A DNA stretch of 20,814 nt from an uncultured Spirochaetota bacterium (GTDB lineage Bacteria; Spirochaetota; Spirochaetia; SZUA-6; Fen-1364). Each line of letters opens with the position of its first letter. The stretch's first letter is position 1. Shown piece by piece: positions 1-9,689 of the stretch. Location: contig CAVUXE010000031.1 of assembly GCA_963745235.1 (NCBI GenBank), forward strand, positions 1 through 20,814, in the 5' to 3' direction. The translations under genes were made by a program, and so were the position numbers. A model generated the notes under the pieces. The model did not search any database and had not been told where the DNA came from. It saw only the letters and a list, made by a program, of their open reading frames with translations.

Positions 1-237
1 TTGTACGGAAATTTTCCGAGCCTCAATAGGTTCTTCAAGCGCCTCGTCGATGTTCACGAAGAGAATGGATCCAGGGTGCGCGGCGGCAGCCTTTGCTGCA
101 GCGTCGTGGCTGCGCAACGAGTAGACTTCATACTCGTGAGAGAGGATTTCGACAAGAAGTTCATCATTCAAAACACTGTGCGGGTAGAGAAAGAAGACTT
201 TTCGCCCGCACGCGGCCGTTTCTTCCTGAAGCCTCAT
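1..237 (-). CDS. Partial (runs off window) spirochaete-type protein, resembling the N-terminus of Treponema PilZ-domain proteins
   Basis: Translated by hand from ATG at 237: MRLQEETAACGRKVFFLYPHSVLNDELLVEILSHEYEVYSLRSHDAAAKAAAAHPGSILFVNIDEALEEP. The GRKVFFLYP...EYEVY...SILFVNID pattern recalls this family. Not in the ORF track. Confidence 0.6.
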   Translation of the reverse strand, partial: MRLQEETAACGRKVFFLYPHSVLNDELLVEILSHEYEVYSLRSHDAAAKAAAAHPGSILFVNIDEALEEPIEARKISVQ

Positions 238-385
238 AGCTCATTGTTCGGTCGGTGCCTTACCCACGATTGGCCTTCCCGAACCCTGTACCTGCCGCAT
301 TTTCCTGCCTTCCCTTTTCCGGCATGTAGCCCTAGGAAACTGTCGAGACTTTCTGCTATCGGCGGCGTCAAATGAAACGTCATTC

Positions 386-2173
386 TCATTGCTGAATCTT
401 CTTGTCAAGCTGGGGAGACTGCACCTGCGAAGCGCCTTGGGCCGGATGCTGCGCATTGCCTGCCTGAGGAGAACGGGTGCTCTGGGACGGCTTTGATGTC
501 TGCGCGGGTGCCGCCGGTCGCCGCACGGTTGTTTGTCGGGGTGACGCATTCTGTGAGACTGGACGCGGCGCGTTTGGAGAGGGTCTTACGGCAGTTCCTC
601 CTTGGGGTCCCGATGAAGTACGAATTGGCTGGTTTCCTCCAGCTTTCGTCTGAGCCGTAGGTATTGGCTGTCCAACTCCTGCTCGCTGATTTCCTGGCGT
701 CACGACCCTTACTTGCGGACGAGCTGCAGGGGTCGGCTGTCTTACATTGGCCGCTGTTCCTGCGCCCAGAGGTTGACCAGGATGCGCCGAGAGAGACTGC
801 TGACGTGATGCAAAGGGCACTGCCTGGGGCGCCGGAGTCAACCGAGCCACTACAGGCCGAGAGGTTACCGACGCGGGAGGCTTGGCAGCCGAGTGACTGG
901 CAGGACCGAAGCCACCAAGAAGGCTCTCTTTCTGGGGAGCGAGCGGCGCCACAGCTCCTCGCACCGGAGCCTGAGCGAACACACCGTTGGGAGCCCGTAA
1001 CGCGGTCTGCGATGTCGGTTGGCCACGAACGAAAGCATCGTTAGGCACGACCGTCATCGCCCCAGGCACGTTGCGATTCACATAGTTGAAGTGCTCGACG
1101 TCTATGTTGTGCTGAAGTGATCGGTTCGTTCGGTAGGGGGCGACATAGGGCTCATGCGGGCCAAGAGGAAACCATCCGACGCTCCTCTCACCAGGAGCCT
1201 GGTCAGGGCGCCATCCCGAACCCCCAACGAACGTCACGAGCGCAGGTGAGTAGGCCGCGCGGCCAATATGGGCTCCGGGTACCCATACCCATGCGTTGCC
1301 GCGGAAAGCCCAACGGCCATAGTGGAAGGGGGCAAACCCCCAGGGAGCATCATCAATCCAGGTCCAACCCCAGGGATCGACCCAGACCCAGTGTCCAAAG
1401 TGGTATGGTGCCCATCCCGCCGCCGTTACGGTTGGTGCCCAGACGGGTCCCAGGTCCGGGTCAACACTCCAAGTTCCGTTCTGATCCAGGTCTTCCACTC
1501 CATCAACCTGATCAGCAGGGACATACTGGGCTGAGGCGATGTGGTCTTCCTTCTGATCCCGGGCCTGGCACCACAGGTCCCAATCGTCAAGAGGTGGGGC
1601 ACTTGCTACCTGGTATGTTGGAGAATCGGTACCTGTGATTGTTGCCGTTTGCTGTTGAGGCAGAGGGAACACAGAACTGCCTGCGGTCACTTCAATCTCA
1701 CCCGAGCGCGCCGTGGCGGTTGTATCTCCATTCTGCTGGACATCGATTCGATAGGTGCCGGCGCGAAGGAGCGAAAGGCTCGCGTCGGGGGTATCTACCT
1801 CGAGTTCCTCGTTGGGACCGAGTGCACGAAGGCGAATGTTCAACGATCCAGTCGACAATCGAATCTGTACTGTTTGGTCGTTCAAATTGAGGAAGGAAAT
1901 ATCTGTGTTAGAGGAAAGGCGGATCGCTGCCGAGGTCACGTGGATATCCGCCTGACCGTCCTTATCGGTCCAGAGAGTATCCCCAATTGTCAAAGGATAG
2001 TTCAAGGTAGCGGGAGCCCAGTCCTCGACACTTTCGGGATGATAGGAGACAGTCCCGCTGATGTAGTTCAGGCGACCCACGCGATTTGGAGGATCACCCC
2101 AAAGCACCGAGACACCCGCGAGTGCAAAAAGACAAAAGGCTACAATAAGAAGCCTGATTGAGATTGACTTCAT
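386..2173 (-). CDS. Secreted FecR-like / DUF6600-type protein with Trp/Gly-rich repeats and a Pro/Gln/Thr-rich tail
   Basis: 595 aa with an N-terminal signal peptide. Carries DPPNRVGRLNYISGTVS, LNYPLTIGDTLWT, GTYRIDV, WAPYHFGHWVWVDPWGWTW, PWGFAPFHYGRW and VGWFPLGPHEPY motifs, then a low-complexity C-terminus. Confidence 0.85.
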   Translation of the reverse strand: MKSISIRLLIVAFCLFALAGVSVLWGDPPNRVGRLNYISGTVSYHPESVEDWAPATLNYPLTIGDTLWTDKDGQADIHVTSAAIRLSSNTDISFLNLNDQTVQIRLSTGSLNIRLRALGPNEELEVDTPDASLSLLRAGTYRIDVQQNGDTTATARSGEIEVTAGSSVFPLPQQQTATITGTDSPTYQVASAPPLDDWDLWCQARDQKEDHIASAQYVPADQVDGVEDLDQNGTWSVDPDLGPVWAPTVTAAGWAPYHFGHWVWVDPWGWTWIDDAPWGFAPFHYGRWAFRGNAWVWVPGAHIGRAAYSPALVTFVGGSGWRPDQAPGERSVGWFPLGPHEPYVAPYRTNRSLQHNIDVEHFNYVNRNVPGAMTVVPNDAFVRGQPTSQTALRAPNGVFAQAPVRGAVAPLAPQKESLLGGFGPASHSAAKPPASVTSRPVVARLTPAPQAVPFASRQQSLSAHPGQPLGAGTAANVRQPTPAARPQVRVVTPGNQRAGVGQPIPTAQTKAGGNQPIRTSSGPQGGTAVRPSPNAPRPVSQNASPRQTTVRRPAAPAQTSKPSQSTRSPQAGNAQHPAQGASQVQSPQLDKKIQQ

Positions 2174-2667
2174 AGCGATCCTCCCGAGGCGCTAGCGGAT
2201 TGCGATTTCAATGTCACTCCCGCACGAAAGCCACGCGTACTTGTCGAGAAAAGTTGGCTCGTTGAATCACTTTCGGTGAGCCGTTTCCATATCCCATGAT
2301 AGTTCTGATTCCTTGCATTAACAATAGACGTAAGATGAAGGGAGAATAAAGATCGGTTATAGGCGGCTCGACTCCCTCGCTGATAATGTTTGAAGAAAAA
2401 GCCCTGAACAACAACGAGAGTTGAGTCTGCTTGGAATTGTGACGGTTCGATTTCGGATACGTACTACCTACGCAGCCAAAAGTTGCTCCCAAAGGCCAAC
2501 TCACTGCCAACCGCCCGTTAGAAAGACTGAGGTGGTTTTGCGCCCCCTCCGAGCGCTGCTCAAATACGGTGTGTAAGGCGCATTTATCCTTCGAAGGTTC
2601 ATCTATCATCTCGTGTGCACTCGATCTGAATGATCACAGCCTTTCCATCTGACTGGAACTCCGTGCT

Positions 2668-3053
2668 CTACCCTTCTGCGCTACCCGCGGTACGCGAAAG
2701 TCTCTTTAGCCTTTTTAGCGCCGCGGTGACTTGGTCGGTATAGGCCGCCAGGAACTTCTCCGGGCTCTTGACCACGTTCTTGACCGCGCTTTCCGCGAAG
2801 GAAAGAACCTGGGATTTCTCTCTCAAGTGAATCCTTAGATTGAATACCCTATCTTTCGCTCTAGCGTATATTCTTGCAAAACCAACGGTTCGTTCGTCCA
2901 CTTGAAAATCATCAGGCTTGGGTCGATCCCTTGGGCTTCTGCGATCGCTGCCACAAGTTGTTGAACACGGTTGCTTGCCAAGTCGTCTTTTTCCACTGAA
3001 GCCTCCAACTCAGAAACATCCTCATTAGGTTCGCTCAAAGTGTAAAGCCGCAA
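2668..3053 (-). CDS. Hypothetical protein, probably one gene split by a frameshift near 2870
   Basis: Two overlapping same-strand ORFs (2835-3053 and 2668-2901), both protein-like, starting 11 bp after the upstream gene. Confidence 0.4.
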
Positions 3054-3064
3054 ATGTTAGTCGG

Positions 3065-3424
3065 CTATAGTTCTCTCACCTGTAAGCACCTGATCATGTA
3101 AAGCTCGATGTAACGCGTCAGGATGTTCCGCTTCTTGATCTGCGCCAGGCATTTGCTCGTGGAAAGCTGCTCAGCAAGCGCGTGAATCCTTGTCACGTCA
3201 GGCACTCGCTCAGTAAGGCTTCGTCGTATGGGGCGTAAAAAATCACGGACCAGCGCGTTCACGTCCTCTACTAGGTTCTGTTTTTGCTCTGACGCGAAAA
3301 GCGGATTCCATTTCTCCGCCAACTCGTCAAGCGTTTCATCGGTTGTCGTACCCTCTGGCACATACTGTGAAATAAGTTCTTGAATGCCACAGGGAATATC
3401 TGCCTTTTGCAGACGGGTGCTCAC
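3065..3424 (-). CDS. Hypothetical protein resembling the C-terminal domain of a conserved spirochaete protein
   Basis: GTG start overlaps the hemerythrin stop (GTGA). Motif KWNPL...NLVEDVNALVRDFLR...RYIELYMI. Confidence 0.6.
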   Translation of the reverse strand: MSTRLQKADIPCGIQELISQYVPEGTTTDETLDELAEKWNPLFASEQKQNLVEDVNALVRDFLRPIRRSLTERVPDVTRIHALAEQLSTSKCLAQIKKRNILTRYIELYMIRCLQVREL

Positions 3425-3848
3425 CTCACGCCGTTCCTGCTGAAGCACGTAGCATACCTCCTATCCACATTGCGTATGTGGCTGCTTAGCCTGTCCGCCA
3501 GGAAAGCTGGCACCTCACGGCTCAACAAACCCGCTTCTGTCTGCTCTCGGAGCTCACGTAGTTTCCGGTTATCTCGTTGTGGCGCATATGGTGGTCTTTG
3601 TACTCGGGGAAGTGGAACTTCAACATCAACTCCTCTTCCACCTTCATATGGTGGGAAGAAACGCGAACAAGTTCATCGATAGCAACGAGTAACGGCCCCA
3701 GGGACCCTTCCGGGAGCTTGTGACTCAAATTGCTTATCGCCTCCATGATTTGCCTGTGCTGTTCGTCGATCTCCTGGACTGAGACACTAAAGCCGTCGTT
3801 CCATTCTATGTTTGCTTTTACCGCCGCTCGTGGGCCTTGTTCGCTCAT
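3421..3848 (-). CDS. Bacteriohemerythrin (frameshift near 3562)
   Basis: IEWNDGFSVSVQEIDEQHRQI...HHMKVEEELM...FPEYKDHHMRH. After a one-base shift in an A run it continues KLRELRE...FLADRLSSHIRNVDRRYATCF to a TGA at 3421. The di-iron His/Glu/Asp ligand pattern is present. ATGA overlap with the ankyrin gene. Confidence 0.85.
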
Positions 3849-4405
3849 TTCATTGCCGCCTGAAGTGCCTGGAATACATCGCTTTGTGGCGGCAAACTCG
3901 GGTTGTCCCTGGCATAGTCGAGGGCTGTCTTGCCGTCGCTGCTCTTGGCCTTCGGATCTGCTCCAGCTTTCAGGAGCGCGGTGATCACGGCAGGGTTGGA
4001 GTTTCCCCAAGCCGCTGCCATGAGGGCCGTGCGACCTAACGCGTCGCGGTCTTGTAGGCTTGCACCCGCTGCGAGCAAGGTGGTGATCATTTCGGCGGTC
4101 GGGTTTGACTGCGCGGCGTAAAGCAGCGCGGTCTCCCCAGACTTGCTCCGTGCGTTGATGTCTGCCCCAGCACTGACAAGGACGGCAATGACGCCGATAT
4201 CGCGGTTGCTGCTCGCTGCGAGCATGATCGTCGAGACGCCATCTGCATCTTGCTTGTTGACCTCGCAGGTGTCCCGAAGCGCGTCCCGAATCTCCTGCAC
4301 CGTTCCAGTTGCCGCCAGTGTCCGAAGATGCGTCTCCTGTGCAAAGGCAGGGATCACCAGAAGCACTCCGGACATGGTCAGCAGGATTGCTTGAATGAAT
4401 CTCAT
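3845..4405 (-). CDS. Secreted ankyrin-repeat protein
   Basis: Signal peptide ending PAFA. Repeats GADINARSKSGETALLYAA, GRTALMAAA and GADPKAKSSDGKTALDYA. RBS GAGGGAG precedes the ATG at 4405. Confidence 0.9.
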   Translation of the reverse strand: MRFIQAILLTMSGVLLVIPAFAQETHLRTLAATGTVQEIRDALRDTCEVNKQDADGVSTIMLAASSNRDIGVIAVLVSAGADINARSKSGETALLYAAQSNPTAEMITTLLAAGASLQDRDALGRTALMAAAWGNSNPAVITALLKAGADPKAKSSDGKTALDYARDNPSLPPQSDVFQALQAAMK

Positions 4406-4575
4406 GCTCCCTCTCCTTGCACAAGAAACTGCAAACCGCGTGCCAAAGAAGGGTAAGCTTTGCAAATCTCTGAACTCGGGAAAATCAGAGGCTTCTTATT
4501 CTTGCCTATACAAAAGATTACTCCTCGGGCAAAGCATTGGGAACTGTTTCTTTCTGTCCCGGAAATGTCTCAAAC

Positions 4576-4847
4576 ATGATTCCCTGCAACACACGGCTGT
4601 TCCATGATGGAACGCCCGTGGAACAGCTAAAACTTTGACCTGCTATCTCCCGACGCCCCGAGAGGCATGTGGCCAGGGCGCACTCTTCCATCCTACACTC
4701 CGTGTTCCGTTCAAAACCCGGCACCCGATAGCATCCATGCTGGAGAATCTCTTGCAAATCCATCGGAATGAAAAGCCGCCAGTAAAGAACATGGAACGTT
4801 ATAGCTATATGACAGGAAATCAGATCCGGGACCCAGTCAAGGTGTAG
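4576..4847 (+). CDS. Possible small hypothetical protein (frameshift in an A run near 4630)
   Basis: ORF 4635-4847 can be joined to upstream MIPCNTRLFHDGTPVEQLK by one extra A. It is followed by a terminator-like hairpin. Confidence 0.25.
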
Positions 4848-4896
4848 AACGCATCTACCGAAAAGGTGGAAGGTAGGTCTTCCTACTCCATGCACC

Positions 4897-4933
4897 GCGG
4901 CCCCGGGATCCCAACATCTCGGGGCCGCTCTTT
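4897..4933 (+). terminator. Putative rho-independent terminator
   Basis: GCGGCCCCGGGAT-cccaac-ATCTCGGGGCCGC forms a 13-bp stem (one G-U), followed by TCTTT. Confidence 0.45.
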
Positions 4934-5559
4934 GTGTGTAAACGATAAGGGACCTGGAGAGCAGGACGAAGCGGAGTGAGCATCAGAATGGGAAAGCGAG
5001 AAAGGAGATCGGGCGGCGGCGAGAGAGCTCGAAAAAGAGAGGGAGCTGTCGCATCGATGTTGGAGAAACACCCCAAGCCCTTCTGAGCTTTCACTTGCCG
5101 GACGTTCTGCCCGAGACGGATTTCATGCAGCGTTTTGCGCGGGCACGGAGTCCGTTGGCAGTAAGTCAGGGTTGGGAAGGTTCAATCGGGAAGTCCTCGG
5201 GGTCATGTACCAGCGCGGGAGATCGTCAGCATGGAGAGACCCTCTTGGGGGCAGCATCCATGCCTCCGTGCCTCTTCTGAGAAGGTCCCCACTCTCCCGC
5301 CGTTGACAGAAAGTGGTATCGGACTTTGAAGACGCCGAGGCAAGGGCATTTATGGCGACCTGTGGTGGTTGGTTGTAGCGGTTGCATAAAGGTCGGGCGT
5401 CGTACTGGAACAGGAAAAAAGCCGCAGCTTTCAAGCCACGGCTTGACGCGCATTTATTCGACGCACGGTTCAGATCAACAGCCTTGTAAGAAATGCCCTT
5501 GCACTGGAGCAGGAACTCCTCGGAGAACGGGTCGACTCTTATGGTTTGTGATCCCCGCG

Positions 5560-6335
5560 TTAGGGGCCCATCACGACGGCCAGAGCCATTCCAGAAGAGT
5601 TGCCTGTTCCCATGGGCAGAATGGATGCGGTTCCATTCTTCCAGTAGCAAGGGACTTCCGGGTTGCCGGATGTCTGGGAGACTCCCACGACGTGGATATT
5701 GCTAAGGCTGTCCACGGTGATCCCGTATCCTTCTTCTCCAGCGTTGGCTTGAGCCGGGGATAGAGGAAGTCAGGGAACCGTTCTTCCAATACGCGGCTGA
5801 CAACATATCATCCTATCCAACCTGCGAGCCAGAGATTCCCGAGGAGTCGACAAAAGCGCCGTTGGTGAGGCCAGATGAGTTTCCCAACCCCATAGGCAAG
5901 GAAGCAGGCGTGCCGTTCATCCAGTAGACCGGCACTATCGGGCTGGTCCCCGTGCCGCCGGTGACGTAAAGGTTTCCAGAGCCTGTCCAGGGCCAGCCCT
6001 CCCCGGGCTGGTCGGACACATCGGAGTTTGAAAGGACTGTGAGGGCCCCGGCTTTCCAGTAACAGCGCGAAACAGAGCTGGAGGAGGGACCTACTCGACC
6101 GGAAATGTCGAGGCTGCCCAGAGTGTCAATTGCAATTCCATCGGCCTCACCCCAGGAGTTTCCTGTTCCCAGATTCAAGGGAGTGTATGCCCCGTCCTTC
6201 CAGTAGCATGGAGTGAGCGTACTAATCGAAGTTCCAGTAGCGCCAGTGATGTAACGACTCCCCGCACTGTCGGTGGCGGCCCGGATGGCGCTCCCGATTG
6301 AGTTGCCGTTTCCCATAGGCAGAACCGAGAGTCCT
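5560..6335 (-). pseudogene. 5'-truncated, frameshifted beta-propeller-like surface protein with YWKxG repeats
   Basis: Repeats PCYWKDG, RCYWKAG, PVYWMNG, then in shifted frames YWKNG and PCYWKNGTASILPMGTGNSSGMALAVVMGP*. Stop at 5560. No plausible start, signal peptide or RBS. Confidence 0.65.
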
Positions 6336-6749
6336 TGATCGGCTAAAGCAACTATGGTTGGAACGTGTAGCCCAAGCTCGCGCGAAGCCGGAGCTTTTGG
6401 AAGAACTCAGTTCATTCGGATGGTGGTTTACATCCGGCAAGTTTGAGAGCGCCTGGGCTCTATCACAGCTCAAAGAAACTCTGCTCCTTGCGGGTCACGT
6501 CGATCCCGATGTTTTTGTAGTTGAAAAACTCTCTGATTTAGTAGATCAAAATCCGCAGCTTGTACTTCAAACCTTAGAGATGATTCTCAGAAGCGACAAC
6601 AAGGGTTGGAACATTCAGGGGTGGACCGAATATCTCGAACAATTCTTTCCAAGACTTTGTGCAACGGTACCGCCCGAGACAAAGCTTTAGATATTCTCGA
6701 CTATCTCGGCAAACGTGGCTTTGTCGGTTTTCGTGATCTATTGCCCTAG
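6319..6749 (+). pseudogene. C-terminal fragment of a large helical protein (tail type seen on large NTPase-associated proteins)
   Basis: RVLDRLKQLWLER...ELSSFGWWFTSGKF...W...L. After a frameshift near 6640 it reads ILSKTL...KALDILDYLGKRGFVGFRDLLP*. In-frame TAG at 6316-6318 and no good start. Confidence 0.5.
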
Positions 6750-6920
6750 GTGAAATCATCACGAGTGTTGTCGCCCCGTGTGGGGGAGCCTGTACTCTGA
6801 TCTGACCGAAGTAGCAGTAGGCGGCTTCTCGGAAGCTGACTCAAGCGGCAGCCACTTGTTTCCACCAGATCCCTGTGCATTCCGGAAGCTGCACACCGTC
6901 TTCCGTGCGAATCTACCGAA

Positions 6921-7316
6921 TCATCTCTTGGCCGCTGCATCGCATAAGGATGCCATTCCTTCAGCAATCGCCTTTAAGATTGAATCGCTCTTCGCAGTCA
7001 ATTCGTGTCTGCTGGCAAGCCAATCCGCATCGTTATAGGTAAGCCACACCTTCCCCATCTCGTCCTGCCACGCTAGCGCCCTTACTGGCAAGTCGATTCC
7101 CGCCGTCTGCCTGTCCTGCATGAGAACGGTCCCAGCCTTCGGATTCCCAAAGACTATCAGCTCCGTGGGTCTGAGTTCGAGCCCGACTTGCTTGGCATTG
7201 GCCGAATGGTCAAGACGCAAGAATACCGTCATGCCTTTCGATTCTACAAGCGAAACAAGTCGGTCGATGGTTTCTCTGACGGAATAACCGCTCTCTGTTG
7301 TCTTGAGTCCCCTCAT
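6921..7316 (-). CDS. DUF302 domain protein
   Basis: GMTVFLRLDHSANAKQVGLELRPTELIVFGNPKAGTVLMQ...GIDLP.RALAWQD is the family pattern. RBS GAGGAAG. Confidence 0.9.
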   Translation of the reverse strand: MRGLKTTESGYSVRETIDRLVSLVESKGMTVFLRLDHSANAKQVGLELRPTELIVFGNPKAGTVLMQDRQTAGIDLPVRALAWQDEMGKVWLTYNDADWLASRHELTAKSDSILKAIAEGMASLCDAAAKR

Positions 7317-7474
7317 ATCATCTTCCTCTTACAAGTTTAGTTCTCACAGAAGTCGCGCCGCATGTCGGACATAGGGCTCCGTGAAATCGACAGATCGCAT
7401 TTTATTGGCAGTTTGCCTTCTCCCCGAAACCGGCGGGACGGCGCCAAACATTGCCGACTCTTGATAAAACACGA

Positions 7475-7503
7475 ACTGTTCGTTGTGGACAAGCTCTAAC
7501 GCC
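7475..7503. repeat. 29-bp direct repeat, copy 1 (weaker similarity extends back to about 7426)
   Basis: ACTGTTCGTTGTGGACAAGCTCTAACGCC, 28/29 identical to 9443-9471. Confidence 0.85.
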
Positions 7504-7982
7504 TCGTGCCAATCGGGCCAGATAGAAAATCTTCAATCTGCTTCATGTGATGTTGATCATGTGAAATAAATAGGCGCTCAATAAAGGTCGAAAGCGCCAT
7601 GGAATTTGTTGCTTGATTCTCCATTTCGAAATGTTTTCCCGGGCAAACTGCTCAGCTTGGAGATGAGGTCGGAACGATGGTAAAGAGACTGATCCAACGC
7701 TTCCTGTGGTGTTAGCGTCCTGCCATATTCCACCGACCGCTCGTTTAAGCTTTGAGGGTCCGCTTCCTCCTCCAGTTCAACCTGTTCTCCATCGACCATG
7801 TTTTTCAAAGTCTTTTGCACACAATTCTTATCCCACATCATGATGTGAACTACGATGTCACGAACCGACCATTTGCCCTCACTGATTGGCATAGTGAAGA
7901 GCTGTTCATCTATGCTACGCAACTTGACAATGAACCTACTATATTCCGCAAGTTGGGCAATAAGTTGCTGCGATCTTTGCAT
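7496..7982 (-). CDS. DinB family protein (frameshift near 7620)
   Basis: EGKWSVRDIVVHIMMWD. The shifted frame gives FISHDQHHMKQIEDFL, the DinB His motif. Stop TAG at 7496 lies inside the repeat. RBS GGAGGT precedes the ATG at 7982. Confidence 0.8.
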
Positions 7983-7999
7983 GCATGCACCTCCGTCGT

Positions 8000-8425
8000 T
8001 CAAGGATCGTAATAGCCCATGTTGTCCTCTTTAAGACCGAAGAGCTCCTTGGTGCCCTGCGGGGTAGCAGGATTGAAATCAAGCTGTTCGAGGGGAATCC
8101 CTTTTTTAAGGCCATACTCGATTACCGGTCCCCAAGTGGCCCGATTCAGATTAACCTTGAAAACAGCGTCACGGAAGACAACGATAAGTTCCTCTCCCCT
8201 GAAGTAGTGAGCGTACCACTTTCCGTCGTTTACCATTTTCGCCTGAAGCATCTCAATGTGTTCGTCTATGGCACTCCCAGCAACACTTACCAGAAGAAAC
8301 ACCCAAGTATTGAGAATCTTTCTGGCAACGAGCTTTCCCGGAGGCGCAAAGGTCGCATCGCGAAGGGACTGTTGGATAACAATTCCGAGATAGTTACTAT
8401 CTGAGTTTCTGCAATTGGATAACAT
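8000..8425 (-). CDS. Conserved hypothetical protein
   Basis: WYAHYF..EELIVVF....F......W....EYG...GIP.EQLDF pattern. RBS GGGAGA. Confidence 0.7.
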   Translation of the reverse strand: MLSNCRNSDSNYLGIVIQQSLRDATFAPPGKLVARKILNTWVFLLVSVAGSAIDEHIEMLQAKMVNDGKWYAHYFRGEELIVVFRDAVFKVNLNRATWGPVIEYGLKKGIPLEQLDFNPATPQGTKELFGLKEDNMGYYDP

Positions 8426-8494
8426 GATTTTTCTCCCTGTTACCTATCCAAATAATTGCCCTTCTTTTGGCCGCTTGATTTCCTGCACCCACAG

Positions 8495-9201
8495 TCAGCG
8501 CAGCAAGGTTTGCTCCAGTGGTTTTTCTACTATACCGTTGTCGCCCAACTGGACGCTGAATCCAGTTCGATTGGCATTCGAAGTGACAACCTTCGCCAAA
8601 ACGCCATCGACGTAGTGAAGAGCGACACACCCCTCAGCACCTATGCCGCCGGAGAGTGCGCGTGCCTTTACGAGGTTTTTGTAGGTCGCCCGCCTTTGCG
8701 GATCTTCGTAGTGCGGGCAGGCACTACCTGGCAAAAGCCCAAGGCCTTGCAGACAGGGCCGAAGGCCGCCGCCCATATAGGAGTCTGTGAGAAACTCTTG
8801 AAACCAACACACCATGCCCGGCGCTGATCCCAGCCAGAACAACCCCGTTGTGCCATGCATTTCGAAGGATGTCGTCCAGACCGTGTGCGCGCCAAAGAGC
8901 GAGAAGGTTTAGGGTGCTCCCTCCGCCGACATAAATTACCTGCTGCTCCAGTAGGAACGATTGAACGTCAGCGACATCAGAGGGCGCAAAAACGCTCAAA
9001 TGGGTTGCCCGAGCTCGCACCGGCGGGAAGCTGCTGTGAAACTTCTCGATGTAAGCTGGAGCGTCTCCACTTGCAGTTGGAAGAAAGCATATACGGGGGC
9101 ATGACAATCCGGGAGAGCTCTATTATGTAGTCGTCAAGCAAGGTGTTGTCGGTTTCTTCCGAGAATCCACCACCTCCGAAGGCCACAATGTAACTAGCCA
9201 C
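8495..9201 (-). CDS. pepE: Peptidase E / S51 family (class I glutamine amidotransferase-like), two frameshifts
   Basis: IVAFGGGGFS...LLDDYI, PRICFLPTASGD, VIYVGGGSTLNLL.LWR.HGLD, nucleophile GISAG and SACPHY, spread over three frames. Confidence 0.85.
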
Positions 9202-9387
9202 TTCCCTATTTCCCCACCGTCGCTGTTGGGCGGAGGCCCATAGTCGGTATTTCCCCTTCGAGACTACCATCGGGGCGGCCGCAGCGGAAGACTTCCCTGA
9301 TGGGCCAGTCTCTCACGTCGAGGAATCAATCAGGCATGCCGCCATGTGGAAAGCGACAGAATCCCCCTTATGGGTAGCCCGTTTTCT

Positions 9388-9539
9388 TCAAGAAACCGGC
9401 GAACGACGTCCCACGTAGGTCGGCGCTCCTGACAACAGGATTACTGTTCGTTGTGAACAAGCTCTAACGCCCCAAGACAACTATTGTTGACCCTCCCCTG
9501 GAACTTGAGCACGGGAATCACCGCTCGCCGGTTTCTTGA
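9388..9539. repeat. 15-bp perfect inverted repeat pair enclosing direct-repeat copy 2
   Basis: TCAAGAAACCGGCGA at 9388-9402 and its reverse complement TCGCCGGTTTCTTGA at 9525-9539. Confidence 0.8.
9443..9471. repeat. 29-bp direct repeat, copy 2
   Basis: ACTGTTCGTTGTGAACAAGCTCTAACGCC. Confidence 0.85.
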
Positions 9540-9689
9540 GTATATCACCGAAACTGCGGGGACAGTAGTTCTCCGCAACAGTCACGTGCCTTGTTCGCAG
9601 GAGGACCTCCGTGGTGGGGCTACAATCAACGATCTGAACGGGCTGGTGTCCTTTTATACCCCCCAAAAACGGACGCACGAAGGAGCGCT

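Noticed and set aside
1-10. TTGTACGGAA at the window edge matches 10 nt of the IS91-type element's inverted repeat
   Set aside because: Only 10 bp, inside an open frame, and the flank is not visible. May be chance.
2490-2560. Minus-strand GGCGCAAAACCAC...TGGCAGTGAGTTG resembles the 3' half of a c-di-GMP-I riboswitch upstream of the FecR-like gene
   Set aside because: The GGCAAAC start and GAAA-tetraloop hairpin are missing. It would need an Infernal RF01051 hit.
3522-4424. 300-aa ORF that appears to be a long hemerythrin fusion
   Set aside because: Its N-terminal two thirds are an alternative frame of the ankyrin gene. The real start is the ATG at 3848.
4940-5550. Several short overlapping ORFs on both strands
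   Set aside because: No recognisable motifs, RBS or consistent frame. Probably intergenic or decayed sequence.
7475-9471. Possible integron attC array or CRISPR repeats
   Set aside because: Only two copies 2 kb apart, no attC-like hairpin after each gene, the cores deviate from GTTRRRY, and there is no IntI or cas gene.
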